Below are positions 34,811 through 48,335 of a stretch of 64,000 bases of DNA, in pieces. A model generated the notes under the pieces. The model did not search any database and was not told the origin of the DNA. It worked only from the letters and a program-made list of their open reading frames with translations. Numbering within the stretch: position 1 is the first letter of the stretch; each line of letters begins with the position of its first letter. The translations under genes were made by a program, and so were the position numbers. The stretch comes from Chara braunii (lineage: Eukaryota > Plantae > Charophyceae), in assembly GCA_003427395.1 (NCBI GenBank), contig BFEA01000041.1, positions 2,381,396 to 2,445,395 of the forward strand, given 5' to 3'.

Positions 34811-37800
34811 AAGAGACTGAACTCTATCGGCAGGTGGGTGGGTGTTTAACAGTGATGGATTGGTCAGTGTCATCAAACTGGCACTTGACGTTAAACATAG
34901 TTCACCCTCTCTTCATGACCTTTCTCCGTACACAATCGACCTCACAACGAGGTCCTTCGAGCTTCCTTCTGACAACATTCCGAGCAGTGTGGCAAAAGTT
35001 GTTGATGAATCTCATATGCTTGTACTATCATAATGCTCTTAGGCGGACTCATGAGCATTCACACTGCGCCATGCCCTCAACATCATGGCGATTTAAGGGC
35101 GATGGACACCTAATTCAGGTCCAAACTCCTCCCCCCACCCTAGACACCCTCCTCACATTGCAATGCCCTCTCTGTTCCTCAGATTCTTCAACATATTTGC
35201 GACATCTTTGCTTTGTCGTATGCCAAACTTACGTGTGTACACCAAACAATCTGATATGCTGCACTACAATGACCTCTTCCTATTGGAACCAGATTGTTGG
35301 CACTCCAATAGGAAGCTGGAAATTGCCAATCTCATCAGATTCTTGTATCGAGATGGACTGCGTTTTTTTTTTTTTTTTTTTACGACCTGCATGCGGAAGA
35401 GGAAAGAATGTCCAGCAAAGACAGCGATAGCATGAGAACGGCGAGATGAAGATAAACCAAGAAAAACGCACGAAAAAGTATGGAAAAAACAAGTAGTACA
35501 TAATTGGACCGAAGTGGACAATGCGGTCACCCTCGACGCGTTTCGTCTACCTCGCACACAGACGCATCAAGAGGTAATCAACATGTACCCCATACTATTC
35601 ATGGAGGCCATTCCTAATGACTTGCCTCTTATGTACCTAACCAACACCTACCCGTCTCCCTACCCGTGTCATGGTAGTACTCAGCAGTCGGAAACCAATC
35701 AAGGCTCCGAGCAGATCTAAGCAAATCAACGACCCAACAAAGGACGTCATCGATGAGTTGAAGGTGAGTTGGCACAATCGAGAGGTACCCATGTCGAGGC
35801 TGAAACCGGCAAGGAGTCGAATACCTGCACCAGACAAAAAACACAGAAGAAACACACACAAAGAACAAGCCAGGTTCACAAGGTACCGACGATCTCAGCA
35901 CATCCCCATATTCGCCTGACGATGGCCATTCTCTTCAACCAAAAGTGTGTGTCAGCGTATTGTGACAGCGTGCAGCAAAGATGGAACAATTCACTGGCAT
36001 CCGACGCCTAGCGACTACGGAGTCCTCCGACATCGCCATCGAAAACACAACCGAACCAAAAGCGCACGTTTGTACAATTGTGCAAAGTGAGAGGCAAAAT
36101 GTCCCCGCAATGCAGGTATGTAGCAATGTCGGAACTGATTCCCGTAGTACCCAAGCCTAAGAGTCCCCCTCAAACCTTACCGGGCATAGCTTACTCAAAC
36201 TGAGATCGTATGCACCTGCTCCGGTGTTCAGCCTAAAAAATAACGCACATCTGATGTCACAATTGATGTCAGACTCAGTCAGACTATGCAATTCCCTTTG
36301 CAACAACTGCTGTTTTCTTGCCTCAGCAAACACTATTAAATTATTAATTTACACATGAGCTGCAGGCATCATTTGTCGCCTCTGTAATCCCTTTTACACT
36401 TAAGATGCAGGATTTATGCGCCACATGTGTAGATAGTTGCACCTCCTCTCCTAACTGTGAACACTACCCACACCCACCCAGGCATTTTAGGGATTCCTTG
36501 CGCCCAAGAACCTTATTTTGAACCACCATACTCGCAAGCGCACGCCGTGGGGGGCAATTCCGCACGTGCGGCGCTCAAGCACACTGGGTCCGCGCGGCGC
36601 TGAAGCACACCGGATCCGTGTGGCACATGGGGGAACTATACACCAAGGAAAAAATGGGTTGCAGGCCTGGATGATTGATCATCTGTGCCCACTTCAAAAA
36701 AGTTATTGTAGGATGATGGCAACAAAAAAATAAGAAAAAGTTAGAAGAGTTATTTCAACACTAAGCAGTCCAGACTGATGCCCCAATCAAAAACTGTGTA
36801 GCACACCAAACATGTTCGGGTGTTCGGCAGAACGCCCCCTGAACGTGTTCAGCCAAACATATTAAAAAAAAAAAAAAAAAAAAAAAACTTTATTTTTTTT
36901 TGTTTTTGTTTTTTAACTTGAGTTTGGTTACGAATTTGAGCATACCCCCAAGGCAAACGTTGGCTACTAATCGTACACGCGACGCACGGGCGGTAGGGGA
37001 TCGCGTTAGCGCTGCTGCGATCGTAGTTGCGCATAGCTAGAACTGGTCGTTGAGGCGGCGGAGATGAAGGGGTACTGAGCGCGTGGGCGCCATGGTTGAT
37101 CTCGTCTCAAGAGAGCATTGCAGTCCTCTCGTCGTTACCCGGTCCCGGTCGACATCCAGTTGGCAATCCTTGTTTGATTGTGGTAGGAGAGTGTGATAAG
37201 TGAGGGCGGTCAACGGGCGGGATCTGTGCGTCGCGTCATATCAGTATTTTCAACTGAACAGGGGTTTGTCCCCCTGGTTACAGATATGGAACATTGTGAA
37301 TAATTGTGGATTGCTGGTTTTTCGATGACGTGTCCGCTACGGATGTGCGTGTTGGAAACTTGTTATTGCTGAATGATCATGCGAGATGATGATTCTATGT
37401 GTTTACGTTGTTTAAATAGAGCAGAATTGGGAAACGGAGTTGCTGAATGAGAAATTCTGGGGATGGTTGCTGGTAGAGGCGTTGAGGTGAGGAATCTGCC
37501 TCGCTGGTTTCCTGATGATATGTCCTCTATGGATTTACTTGTTGGTGATCATGCGAGATGACGATTCTATGTGTTTATGCTGTTTAAATAGAGCAGAATA
37601 GGGAAATGGAGTTGCTGAATGAGAGATTCTGGAGATGGTCGCCAATGGAGGCGTTGAGGTGGCGAATTTGCCTCGGGTCGGTGTCATGAATCACTTGCGC
37701 CGATCTGTTGCTTGCTGCTGGATCCTGATGTTATGTTATGTCCTTGCCGCCGATAGATGTTGGGTGGTGGAGGGATAATCGAAAATTGTTGCGAATTGCG

Positions 37801-38945
37801 TTTCTCATGTATGACGCTTCCAAACTTGGATCCTGATGTGATGACAGGTCTTTTCCTTTTTTAGGAAAATTGTTGATCGTTGATTGGGTGGTTGAGGTGA
37901 TAATCGAAGAATCCTACGATTTGCGTCTCTTAGGTGGGACGTTTCTTCCTGTTCGTTTTTTGGCTGGCGTTGGTAATGATGATATATTCTTAAGGACACC
38001 GCTCTTTCATCAGCATGGGCTGAACCCTGAGGATGCCGTGCATGCTGCTCCTTTATTACTGTCAATTTTCTATGACTTTCTGATGTTGCTGCGCCTCGCT
38101 TTATGACACCTCTGCGTGGATCTCCATAAGGCGATCGAACTCGCTACTTGGGTTGTTTTGTTGACGTTGGTGATGATAACATATTCTTCGAGATGCCGCT
38201 CTTTCATTACCATGGGATGACCCTTGAGAATGTCGCGCATGCTGCTCCTTTACTACTGCCAATTTTTCTACGACTTTCGTGTTGTTGCTGCGCCTCACTT
38301 TATGACATCTCTTCTTGGATCTCCATAAGGTAATCGAACTCGCTACTTGGGTGATGCGATTTTTTGTTTTGGAAGGTTGTGAGAATCTCTATTCGGATTG
38401 ATTGAGAATCTCTGTTCGGATTGATTGGGTTCCATAAGGTAATCGAACTCGATACTCGGGTGATGTGATTTTTTTTGTTTTGGAAGGTTGTGAGAATCTC
38501 TATTCAGATTGATTGAGAATCTCCGTTCGGATTGATTGGGTTGTAAGGGAATTGAATTCGTTACTTGGATGATGTGAGCCTCTCCTTTTTCAGAATTTGT
38601 GAGAATTCTTATTTGGATTGATTAGGTTTTGTAGCATTTTGAGGAGTTTCTGGTTGGATTGATTGGATCCTTTGTTAAAATTGTGAGGGCTTTTGGAAGA
38701 GCTCTGAAGAAGAGCCTGGTTGATGTGGAGTGATTGGTCGATTCTGGGTTTTGACCGACTGCCAATAATATGATTGCTCGATCCTTTTGCTTTTCTTTCT
38801 GATCATCTCTGGTCGACAATATGTTAGTCTGCCTTACCTTTTGTATTGCTCGGATGATTGCGCACCCTGATTTGGGCGACTGGGTTGATCCTCGCTTAAG
38901 TAGACCTTCGGATTGATTTCTTGTCTTGATTTTGACGATTGCGAA

Positions 38946-40695
38946 ATGGATTCCCAACACAATGAGCTTTGTGATATGGTGCGTTGCTGTTTTTTGACCG
39001 GTCAAGAAGAGTCGTTGATATCGAAAAAATACATTGCCACCAATAGGGATGAGGCTAATAGTACTTTTATCGTCGATATTGACGACAGAGCCTCTGGGGT
39101 CACAGTGCAGTATCTCCGTAGACATGGGGTGTTGGTAGTGTTTCAAGGCTTGGGGAATGATGTGTCGTTTGGGGTTAAAGAGGACTGGTTGAGAGCAGCT
39201 GAAGCTGGTTGGGATCCGGGTCTGTTGAGAGGACAACTTGGACGTATTCGACCTGAAGGACCGAATATGATTTCCTACCTAGCAGTAAATCATGTGCTTC
39301 GTGATTGGTTGATAGATACATTCCAGCAAGAGGATAATGTCATGGTGGGGGGAAAAAAATGTAAGGTGTTGTACAAACCTTGGGCGACACCGGCCGAGCA
39401 GGCTAAAGCTAAGGAAGACCTCCAGGCCCAGATCTTTTGGATCAGGGTGTTGAGAGTGCCTTTCCTGGTTATGCCTTTTCTGGAAGCTGCAATTAAACGA
39501 GAATTTGGACCTGTGCTCAAAACGTACTCACCGGAGAAAAACAAAGCGGCTCCGAGATTGGTTAACCGCAGGTTTGACCTACAACCACGAGCTAGATCCA
39601 GAGTGACCAAAAAATTGAAATTTCGGTCTCCTCAAGGTTGGCATGTTGTCGATGTGGTTACCCAGGACACGCCGTGGTGTCAGGAGTGTCGTTGGTATGG
39701 TCATCAGTCGGGGGTGATTAACTGCCCGAATAGGAAGGCTGGAGCTTCCACTTCCTCTCGCCCTTATCGTCCTCCGGTTTCGACCCACCCTGCAACCACT
39801 GTGGCTACCTCCTCTGTTGCTATGCAGCCAACAATCATAACGACTGTGGCTACCTCCTTTGTTGCTACGCAGCCAACAATGATAAGCGCTGCTATGCCGG
39901 TGCTCACTGCAGCTATGCCGGCTGTGATCACGATTGCTCAGCCTGTGGATGTGCAAACCACATTGGCTGTTACTGCTGTTGTCGCTGCGCAAGCTCTGGG
40001 GGGCTTACAATCCTCGGGCCTGCAAATGGGAGTGACCAGAGTAGGACCTTCGGTGTCAACCGTGGTTTCTACGACGTTGGCTCCCTCTCCAGGACCGGAA
40101 GAACTGATGCCGTTGGCAAAGATGCCTCAGCCGGTGCACAGGCAGAAGATCCTTACAGGTGGACCCAAACATGTCACGCCGAAACCGTATCAGAGGGAAC
40201 AACGCAAAACTGGGGAACCAACTGTCTCCTAGGCTGATCTCATGGACTAGGAGGAAGAGGCCCACAAGGCGGATGGGAAGGGTAAAGGGATTGACATGTC
40301 GACTGAACAGCCGCAGCGAGCAGATGCGTTTCCTGAGTCACTCCAGGAAGCGCTGGCTGCTGGCCGACCGTGGGTTGTAGTTCCACTGGTCTTTTATGGA
40401 TTGGGTGCGTCTAACACCGACAAATGACCAAGGTCGGACGGACATCCTGTGTTTCCCTTTTATTGATGCTATAGTAGACCCAGGGGAGAAGACTCCGCCT
40501 CCTTTATCACAACTGAGGTGGATTTCATTGCAACTATTGAAAAACCCGGTGGGTCAGACTGCTGTTGACACAAGGATTGCAGACTGTTGGACAGCGGCTC
40601 TGCTGTCCCAAGTGGACCTCCATGTCCCTTGGCACAAAAGTATTTTCTCCAATGGGTTTTTCATGCTTAAATGCAAAGACTGGCCGCAAATGTGA
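38946..40695 (+). pseudogene. LINE B ORF1 (premature stop at 40230, internal deletion near 40395)
   Basis: MDSQHNELCDMVRCCF..., FWIRVLRVPF, CQECRWYGHQSGVINC, a Thr/Ala/Val-rich linker, and a C-terminal MDWVRLTPTN...LRWISLQL domain. Confidence 0.87.
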
Positions 40696-40702
40696 ATAAC
40701 TG

Positions 40703-43700
40703 ATGGACTCCATCCGATTGGTATCTTGGAATGTGCGAGGATTGGGGTCGAGGTGAGTGGCTGTAAAACGCTCTTTGATTAGAACACTAGCTCGTAATAA
40801 AGGAATTCACATAATACTTCTACAGGAGACGAAGTTGGATGATGCAGCCATTGTTGAACAATGGGGTTGGTGGCTGGGTGAGCAATTTTGGGCTCCAACA
40901 CAGGGGTCACGTAGAGGGGTGGCAATATTAATCTCTCGGCATGCGCCTCTTCGTGTTACAGATTATAGATGCGACCCATTTGGACGATGGGTGTGGGTTC
41001 GATTTGAGGTATGTCAAGAACAATGGGCAGTCTTCAACATATATGCCCCTGCCTCCCAACCGGAGCGGGTTGATTTATTCAAATCGTTGCCTTGGCTTAT
41101 TCCAAATGCGGAACACCTTATATTGGGTGGTGATTGGAACACTACATTGGTCCCTGGGACCGACTCGTACAGAGTAGGACCTGTGGGAGCTGATGCATTG
41201 CAGCTGTTTCACTTTGCTCTGCATAATGGATTTTCTGACCTGTTTAGAATGCTGCATTTTCTTGACAAAGGGTTTACCTTTTTTGCTGCGGGGTCTGCTC
41301 AACAGCAGTATATACCCCGTAGTCGGATCGATTTGTTTTTCGTGGCTGATGCTTTGTTACCTAGGTTGTCACGATGTTTTGTGTTACCGTTTGTAGGATC
41401 AGATCATAGACCACTGTTTTTAGAGTTTTTTCTTTGTCTCACTATCCGCTCTGGTCACGATAGAAAGTCTTTACCGGAGTGGGTGGTTTAAACTCAGCAA
41501 TTTTCTAAATTTCTGTATGAATTTTGGCCCAAATGGAGATCTTCCAAGCACCTTTTTTCCTCTTTGGTTGAATGGTATTTGGGAGGACAGCGCGTCGTGT
41601 TGCGGAGAGGTGTGCTCATCAAACGGATGATACTGGCTACTAATCGTACTGAACTGCAGCGAATCAATGACGAAATGCATGATCTCATGCAAATGGTATC
41701 TACTTCTGCGGTCGACGAGCACATCTTTATGAATCGGATGGACTACCTGCAGCAACGTTGGACTTTCTACGTCCAACCGACGATGAGGACAGTCACACAT
41801 AATAAGAAGGTAGGCTGGCTTGTTAGAGGGGACCGTATGACAGCCTCCTTTTTTGCTAGTCACCGACCGCGGGCCCAACCGAATCTGATCGTGGCTATGC
41901 AACACCCGTTTGATGCTCAGGCCCCTTTAGCCACAGACACTGGAGCGATCATAACTTATATATCCTTATTTTACGAGAGTCTGTTGGCTTCGCAGGCCCA
42001 ATGGACAGAACAACAGCTGCTCCACCAATTCCATGATGAGGTGTGGGCTAAACTTGACAACAAATTGACAGATATTCAAATGCAAAGTATGGACACTGAT
42101 ATACTATGCAGGAGGTTGTCGATGCACTCAGATCTTTGGCACTGCTTAAAGCCATAGGCTTGGATGGGTTGCCTGCGCGGTTCTTTCAAAATTTTTCGTT
42201 GCATTTGCTGCCGGAGTTGCTGCAAATATGCCAGTCGATTTGGAATGGGGCTTCGTTTCCAGCCCAAGCGGTGCAAGGGATTATGACCTTTGCGTTCAAG
42301 AAAGGGGACAGGACTGACATTAAAAATTACAGACCGATTACATTGATGCCCGCGCTGTATAAAATCTTTGCAAAAGTGCTTACTGGGAGGCTCCAGAAAG
42401 TGCTCTCCTCTATTGTGCACCCGTCGCAAACTGGCTTTGTTCCCGGCCGACAGATCCTGCACAATGTCATGTTGGTGGAACAACTGGTCGAACATACGCT
42501 GCAAGGTGGGGACAGAGTAGCTACTGTGCTTCTTGATCTTGAGAAGGCTTACGATAGAGTGGGATGGGAGTTTTTGCAAGCTGCTCTGGCATCCTTTGGG
42601 TTTGGTCCCAAATTTAAACACGCGATTTCCAGTCTTCTTTGTAATGCTACGTCGCAGGTGTGTGCGAACGGTGTGTTGTCAGCCCCGATTCAGCTGCACC
42701 GATCTGTGCGACAAGGATGTCCGGTTGCACCATATTTGTATATATTGTATGTTGAAATTCTGCACGTCCTTGTCAGAACCAACCCTGATATCCCGGGGGT
42801 GACGCTTCCCTCGGGGGCCATACTGAAATCTGAATCTTTTGCGGATGATTCCGTTGTGTTTACACCGCTGCTGGACGATGCGTTTGCTGCCTTGAGAGAA
42901 ACAATCCAGCTCTTTTGTCATTTATCACAAGCAGCAGTCAATTGGTCCAAATCCTCCATTTTGATACCACCTGGATCACAACCTCCCTACCATTGGGGTC
43001 TTCGGGTGGTGATACCGTCAGAAAATGATCGTTTGTTAGGACACTGTGTGTGTCCTTTGACCCACAACAGATGCACGATTCGGCTCACTCGCTTGTTCGT
43101 TTGCGGGCGGCGCTTCAGCCGTGGACTGCACGTAAAGGAACTAGTTTGTTTGGGAGGGCGATTGTAATTAACAATGCGGCCCTGTCAACATTGTGGTATA
43201 GACGTTCTCTTTTCCAATTGGATCTCCCTTCCCTTCAGATGGTCAAATGTCTGGTGACACATTATCTGTGGAAAGAAGAGATCAATGATGACAACTATCT
43301 GCCAAAAGTTGCCTGGCAAACGGTTATACAACCGAAGCGTGCCGGTGGCCTTTCCATTTTGGATCCAGATAATTGCAGCTCTATTGGCGAGATGATTGCA
43401 GCTCTATTGGCGAGATGGGTCCCATAGGCGATCTTTGAATCACTACATACTCCCTGGAGACAGTTGACTGAGTTTGCGCTTTTTTCTGTTAGAGATTGGT
43501 CAGATTTGCGCTGTTTTTGGTTAACTTTTTTGTTCCCAGAATATCTTAGGAAACAGTTGCCGATGGGAGTGTGGGCCGGAATTTTGAGAGCCTGGAAAGC
43601 TGTTTGCCCACAGTTACAACCTCCCCTGATGGTGTTTGAACGCTTGTTAACCCAACCGCTGTTTAATAACCCCTTTATCTTGACTACTGACGGACAGCCG

Positions 43701-44981
43701 TTTGCATGTTTTGGACCGGGAGAGTTTGGGAATGCATGGATGGGTAGAGGGGTGGGTACTCTTGCTGATTTATGGGATATTGTCGCCGCGGATTGGAAAA
43801 CCTTTGACCTGTTATCACCAAAGTTGACTGGCCTCTGGAGACAACAACAGCATCTTCAACTTTTGCAAGACGCTGTACCCCAGGCTTGGGTTGACATTCT
43901 GCATAGAGGTTGGGAGGTGACAGACGGGGCTTGGTACAAACATGTTGGACACGTCATGCCAAGACATGTTTGGAGAAAAGAGACTTATTCTGACGCGGCT
44001 GATATTGCCTACTCGTGTTGGGAAGTCCAGGGTAAGGCGGAGTCGTTGGGAGAACCATTACAGGTTGCGCAGATTGCAATTCCCGTGCCCCCTCTGGGAC
44101 AGCTGCAGCCTGTGTGTGTTGTTGAACAGGAGTACAACTATCGCCCTTTTTGTTTACAGATTCCATCTTTTCATTTGCCAATGGATCCTAGAGATTGGGC
44201 ATGGAAAGATCCTGACCGTATGGACAAACTGATTTATCTATACGATTATACTGTAAAATTGGGTTATCAGTTGGTGAGACCGAGAACTGATGTAAACTGG
44301 GTGGTGGCCCGGAGGTGGATGGCGACCAGATGGGTTTCAGATTCCTTGCCAAGATTATCGCGAATGCTCCCGACCTTTTGGAAGCAGCTTATGGATCTTA
44401 CCGTCTGTAAACATGCTAGTTTTTTATGGTTGTTGATGCACCTGGCATTGCCAGTGGCCGCCTGGTGCTCAAAACGGACTGTGAAAGCTGACTCGTTATG
44501 CACTATATGCCCGGGGACGCGGGTTGAGGATGTGCAGCATTTTCTGCTGCAGTGTGACCTTGCCAGGCCTTTCTGGGACTGGTGACGCCACTCTGGTGTT
44601 CCGGTACCAGATGTGCAGACACAATGGGGCGACCAATTTGTGCTCTTGGGGACAGCCTCCAGACGACGGCAACCCTTGCTTTCTCGATTGCATGCAGAAG
44701 AAACACTCCGTGGAGCCATTCTTACGACCCTTTGGAACCTACGAAACTCGGCTGTTCGTAGGGGGGAACAGCTCACCCCCCCGATGATCAGAGCGGAGAT
44801 CAAATACAATATCAAAGTGGCAATTTCGGCTGATTGGGAATACCGTGTTCAGAAGAAAGGATTTACCGCAAAAGCGCTCAAATGGTTTCAAACAAGATGG
44901 GGAGACTTTGATGGGATGTGTGTGATTGCTCAGATGGTGGGGGTTTCTCCCACCCTCACCTTTTCTGATTTCTTTTTGTAA
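40703..44981 (+). pseudogene. LINE B ORF2 (APE-RT-CCHC), stops and frameshifts
   Basis: WNVRGL, LQETK, GGDWN and SDH; LDLEKAYDRV, SVRQGCP and FADD; CTICPG...QHFLLQC. Colinear with A ORF2. Confidence 0.93.
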
Positions 44982-46792
44982 CAGTTTTTTACGATAGGTT
45001 TTGGAAGGATGACTGTACAATACAGTTTGCTAGAATGATACGAGATAGAAGGTGAAGGTCATAGTTGAGATTGGTAGGATGAGACTGTGGAGTTGGTAGT
45101 ACTGGGGGGTGGGGTCTCGGTACCTGGATGACTGTAGTTGGGGATGGGTTGGCCGGAAGAGCCTTTCTCAGCCTCGGGTGACTGCACCATCCATGTGAGT
45201 GACGCCGGGCCCGTTTCCCGGTTTCAATGAAAGAAGTTCAGTAAAAAAAAAAAAAAAAAAAAAAAAAAACGTTGTTTGTTTTATTATTTTACATAACATT
45301 ATTAACCGTGGCAACCGCGGACCCGGACCCCGGACATGTCTGGACTGAGGCCCAGACATTTGTCTGGACTGGTCCAGACGTCCCGTAATCCGGACAGGCA
45401 CCGGACCCGGACCGTCCGGACCGGTACAGCAGACACAAAAATGTCCGGACCGAAAGAAGAAGAAGGGAAAAAAAAAAAAAAAAAAAAAAAAAANNNNNNN
45501 NNNNNNNNNNNNNNNNNNNNNNNNNNNNNNNNNNNNNNNNNNNNNNNNNNNNNNNNNNNNNNNNNNNNNNNNNNNNNNNNNNNNNNNNNNNNNNNNNNNN
45601 NNNNNNNNNNNNNNNNNNNNNNNNNNNNNNNNNNNNNNNNNNNNNNNNNNNNNNNNNNNNNNNNNNNNNNNNNNNNNNNNNNNNNNNNNNNNNNNNNNNN
45701 NNNNNNNNNNNNNNNNNNNNNNNNNNNNNNNNNNNNNNNNNNNNNNNNNNNNNNNNNNNNNNNNNNNNNNNNNNNNNNNNNNNNNNNNNNNNNNNNNNNN
45801 NNNNNNNNNNNNNNNNNNNNNNNNNNNNNNNNNNNNNNNNNNNNNNNNNNNNNNNNNNNNNNNNNNNNNNNNNNNNNNNNNNNNNNNNNNNNNNNNNNNN
45901 NNNNNNNNNNNNNNNNNNNNNNNNNNNNNNNNNNNNNNNNNNNNNNNNNNNNNNNNNNNNNNNNNNNNNNNNNNNNNNNNNNNNNNNNNNNNNNNNNNNN
46001 NNNNNNNNNNNNNNNNNNNNNNNNNNNNNNNNNNNNNNNNNNNNNNNNNNNNNNNNNNNNNNNNNNNNNNNNNNNNNNNNNNNNNNNNNNNNNNNNNNNN
46101 NNNNNNNNNNNNNNNNNNNNNNNNNNNNNNNNNNNNNNNNNNNNNNNNNNNNNNNNNNNNNNNNNNNNNNNNNNNNNNNNNNNNNNNNNNNNNNNNNNNN
46201 NNNNNNNNNNNNNNNNNNNNNNNNNNNNNNNNNNNNNNNNNNNNNNNNNNNNNNNNNNNNNNNNNNNNNNNNNNNNNNNNNNNNNNNNNNNNNNNNNNNN
46301 NNNNNNNNNNNNNNNNNNNNNNNNNNNNNNNNNNNNNNNNNNNNNNCCCGAACACGATGCTACACAGGCCCCAAAGACCTATTTGAGGCTATTTATGGTG
46401 GCCAATGGGACAAAAACAATGATTCGCACGACTGTACTTGAGCAGGGTCTGTTCCTTGGGTAGTGTACATCCTCTGTATCTACAAAAACAGCAAGCCAAA
46501 AACAAAAAAAAAACAGAAAAAAAACAAAAAAAAACATTGATTATTGCTAGTGCGCGGACATCAGCAGGGGCGCACTGCACCGCACGGCTGTGTGGCTCGT
46601 GCGGTTGCACGTACGTTTCAAAATTCAAATGCATGCGCGAACCAACATGCCAGTTATGTGGAGAGTTTTGTGGGCATGCCATCCTGATTCCTGACAACTG
46701 CTGTGGTGGTAATGCTCATCTGGGCCTTCCATTTCATCAACCATCCCATCCCAAATAGGTGTGTCCTCTCGGTAGCCAAGTACATACTCCTT

Positions 46793-46916
46793 GGGGCATA
46801 GTACTCACACTAGGACTTTTCTACTAAGCTCTGGATGTGATTGTGGTCAGATTCATCCAGGCCTGGCCGTAATTGCAGTCAGATACATCTAGAAAAGTCC
46901 TAGTGTGAGTATGCCC
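46793..46916. mobile_element. Small Tourist-like inverted-repeat element
   Basis: GGGCATA(GTA)CTCACACTAGGACTTTTCTA ... TAGAAAAGTCCTAGTGTGAGTATGCCC followed by TAA; left TSD not matched. Confidence 0.55.
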
Positions 46917-47449
46917 TAACTGCTTTTTGTCCTTACGTAATATGGTGCCATCTCGGCTCCGCAATCCTTACTTTCCCTTTATCTTTCTCGGCCTCCCATA
47001 TTTTTCATGCTCTGCCGCGTGCAAGTGGGCCGGCATCATCATAGACGGGGGTGAAGGCAGTGCACTCTATTCTACTATGTCCACACAGTGAGCCTAACAC
47101 CTAATTGGCACAGTAAAGGGAGACATGAAAGAAGAAATAAAAGAGAAGCGATGAAGAGAGGCCAAATTTAATGAAAGCAAAGAAAGAAGCTCACAGAAAA
47201 ACGCAAAAGAAGTTACGGTTTGGGTATGCTCTTATATGCTGTCTGCTCTTCTCTTTGTTTGTTTCCCACAATGCTCTCCCTTTGTGGATATATATATAGC
47301 TAGCAGCGTAGGTATGATTGGCAATAATTCATAGACAAATAGTTAAGATTAAATATAAATTAAGAACTTCAAATATTCAAAAATATAATTAATATTGTAA
47401 CTTGTAATTGAATTATTTTGATGCCCCACAGCCATATCAACTGATTGGA

Positions 47450-47481
<32 letters not shown>

Positions 47482-47790
47482 TAGCGTATTTCCTTCACAT
47501 CATGTGGTCCGACGGACGACGAATCAGATATTGAACTGATCAGAACAGATACATTTCACTTGACCTTTGATGCTCCGCACTTGCTTGTCCATTTTTTGTT
47601 TGTTGTTGCAGGAATACGTCTAAATTAAATCTTCCTGCCCTGCTGGTCGGTCGTTTAGAATATCTCATCGTGACTTTTTTATAAATTGTATCGTCTTCCG
47701 CTCTTTGCTATAATTGTCTTCTTTTCTTTCGTTTTTCCTTTTTTTTTTTAACAACCTGCTCCGGTATTGTCTTCTACTCTCAAACACCAG

Positions 47791-47910
47791 GGACATGTGA
47801 TTAAAACGAAGAGTGTGGAGTACATGCCATTCCTTCTTTCAGTGAATGGCCTGGTCAACACAATTGTCTGGACGGCCTACGGAATTTATGTCCTGGAGGT
47901 CTTCATTCTT
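47791..47910 (+). CDS. SWEET: SWEET transporter exon (equivalent to exon 5; TM6)
   Basis: Pyrimidine tract and CAG at 47788-47790, GTAGGT donor at 47911; 120 nt, phase 0/0. Encodes GHVIKTKSVEYMPFLLSVNGLVNTIVWTAYGIYVLEVFIL with the hallmark VIKTKSVEYMPF.LS motif. Confidence 0.93.
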
Positions 47911-48218
47911 GTAGGTTATCATCTTTTCTCTTCACATTCTCCTATGTTTGGTACTGTTGGGAGAATAACATAATATGTGTCTGTGTATGTGTCTGTGTAT
48001 GTGCAATGCCCATTTTGGCATGAACTCTGAGTCTGCTTGTGGTGGTCCAGGAGTGGTGACTCGTGAGGTCATCGTGCAGGGGCAAAGCGCGTTTGAAACT
48101 CAAGGGACAACTGCACGGCGCGGCGCACTGTGCGAAAGCAAGCCACACTCAAATAGACACCCACAAAAACAGTTGTCTTCTCAATCACAAGTCTTAGAGC
48201 GATTTCATAACCGTTTGC

Positions 48219-48248
48219 GAAGAAGAAGAAGAAGAAGAAGAAGAAGAA

Positions 48249-48295
<47 letters not shown>

Positions 48296-48335
48296 AGAAG
48301 AAGAAGAAGAAGAAGAAGAAGAAGAAGAAGAAGAA
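48219..48335. repeat. (GAA)n microsatellite
   Basis: Direct reading. Confidence 0.97.

Larger units (their letters stand above)
36963..45269 (+). mobile_element. LINE B: full-length decayed L1-clade element, sister family of A
   Basis: 5' end homologous to A; ~2 kb 5' UTR with tandem units; ORF1, ORF2 and poly(A) at 45243-45269. Candidate TSD AAACGTTG (36955-36962 / 45267-45274). Confidence 0.93.

Noticed and set aside
34834-36130. ORFs of 60-198 aa as a nested gene
   Set aside because: No recognisable domain or consistent splice structure; left unassigned.
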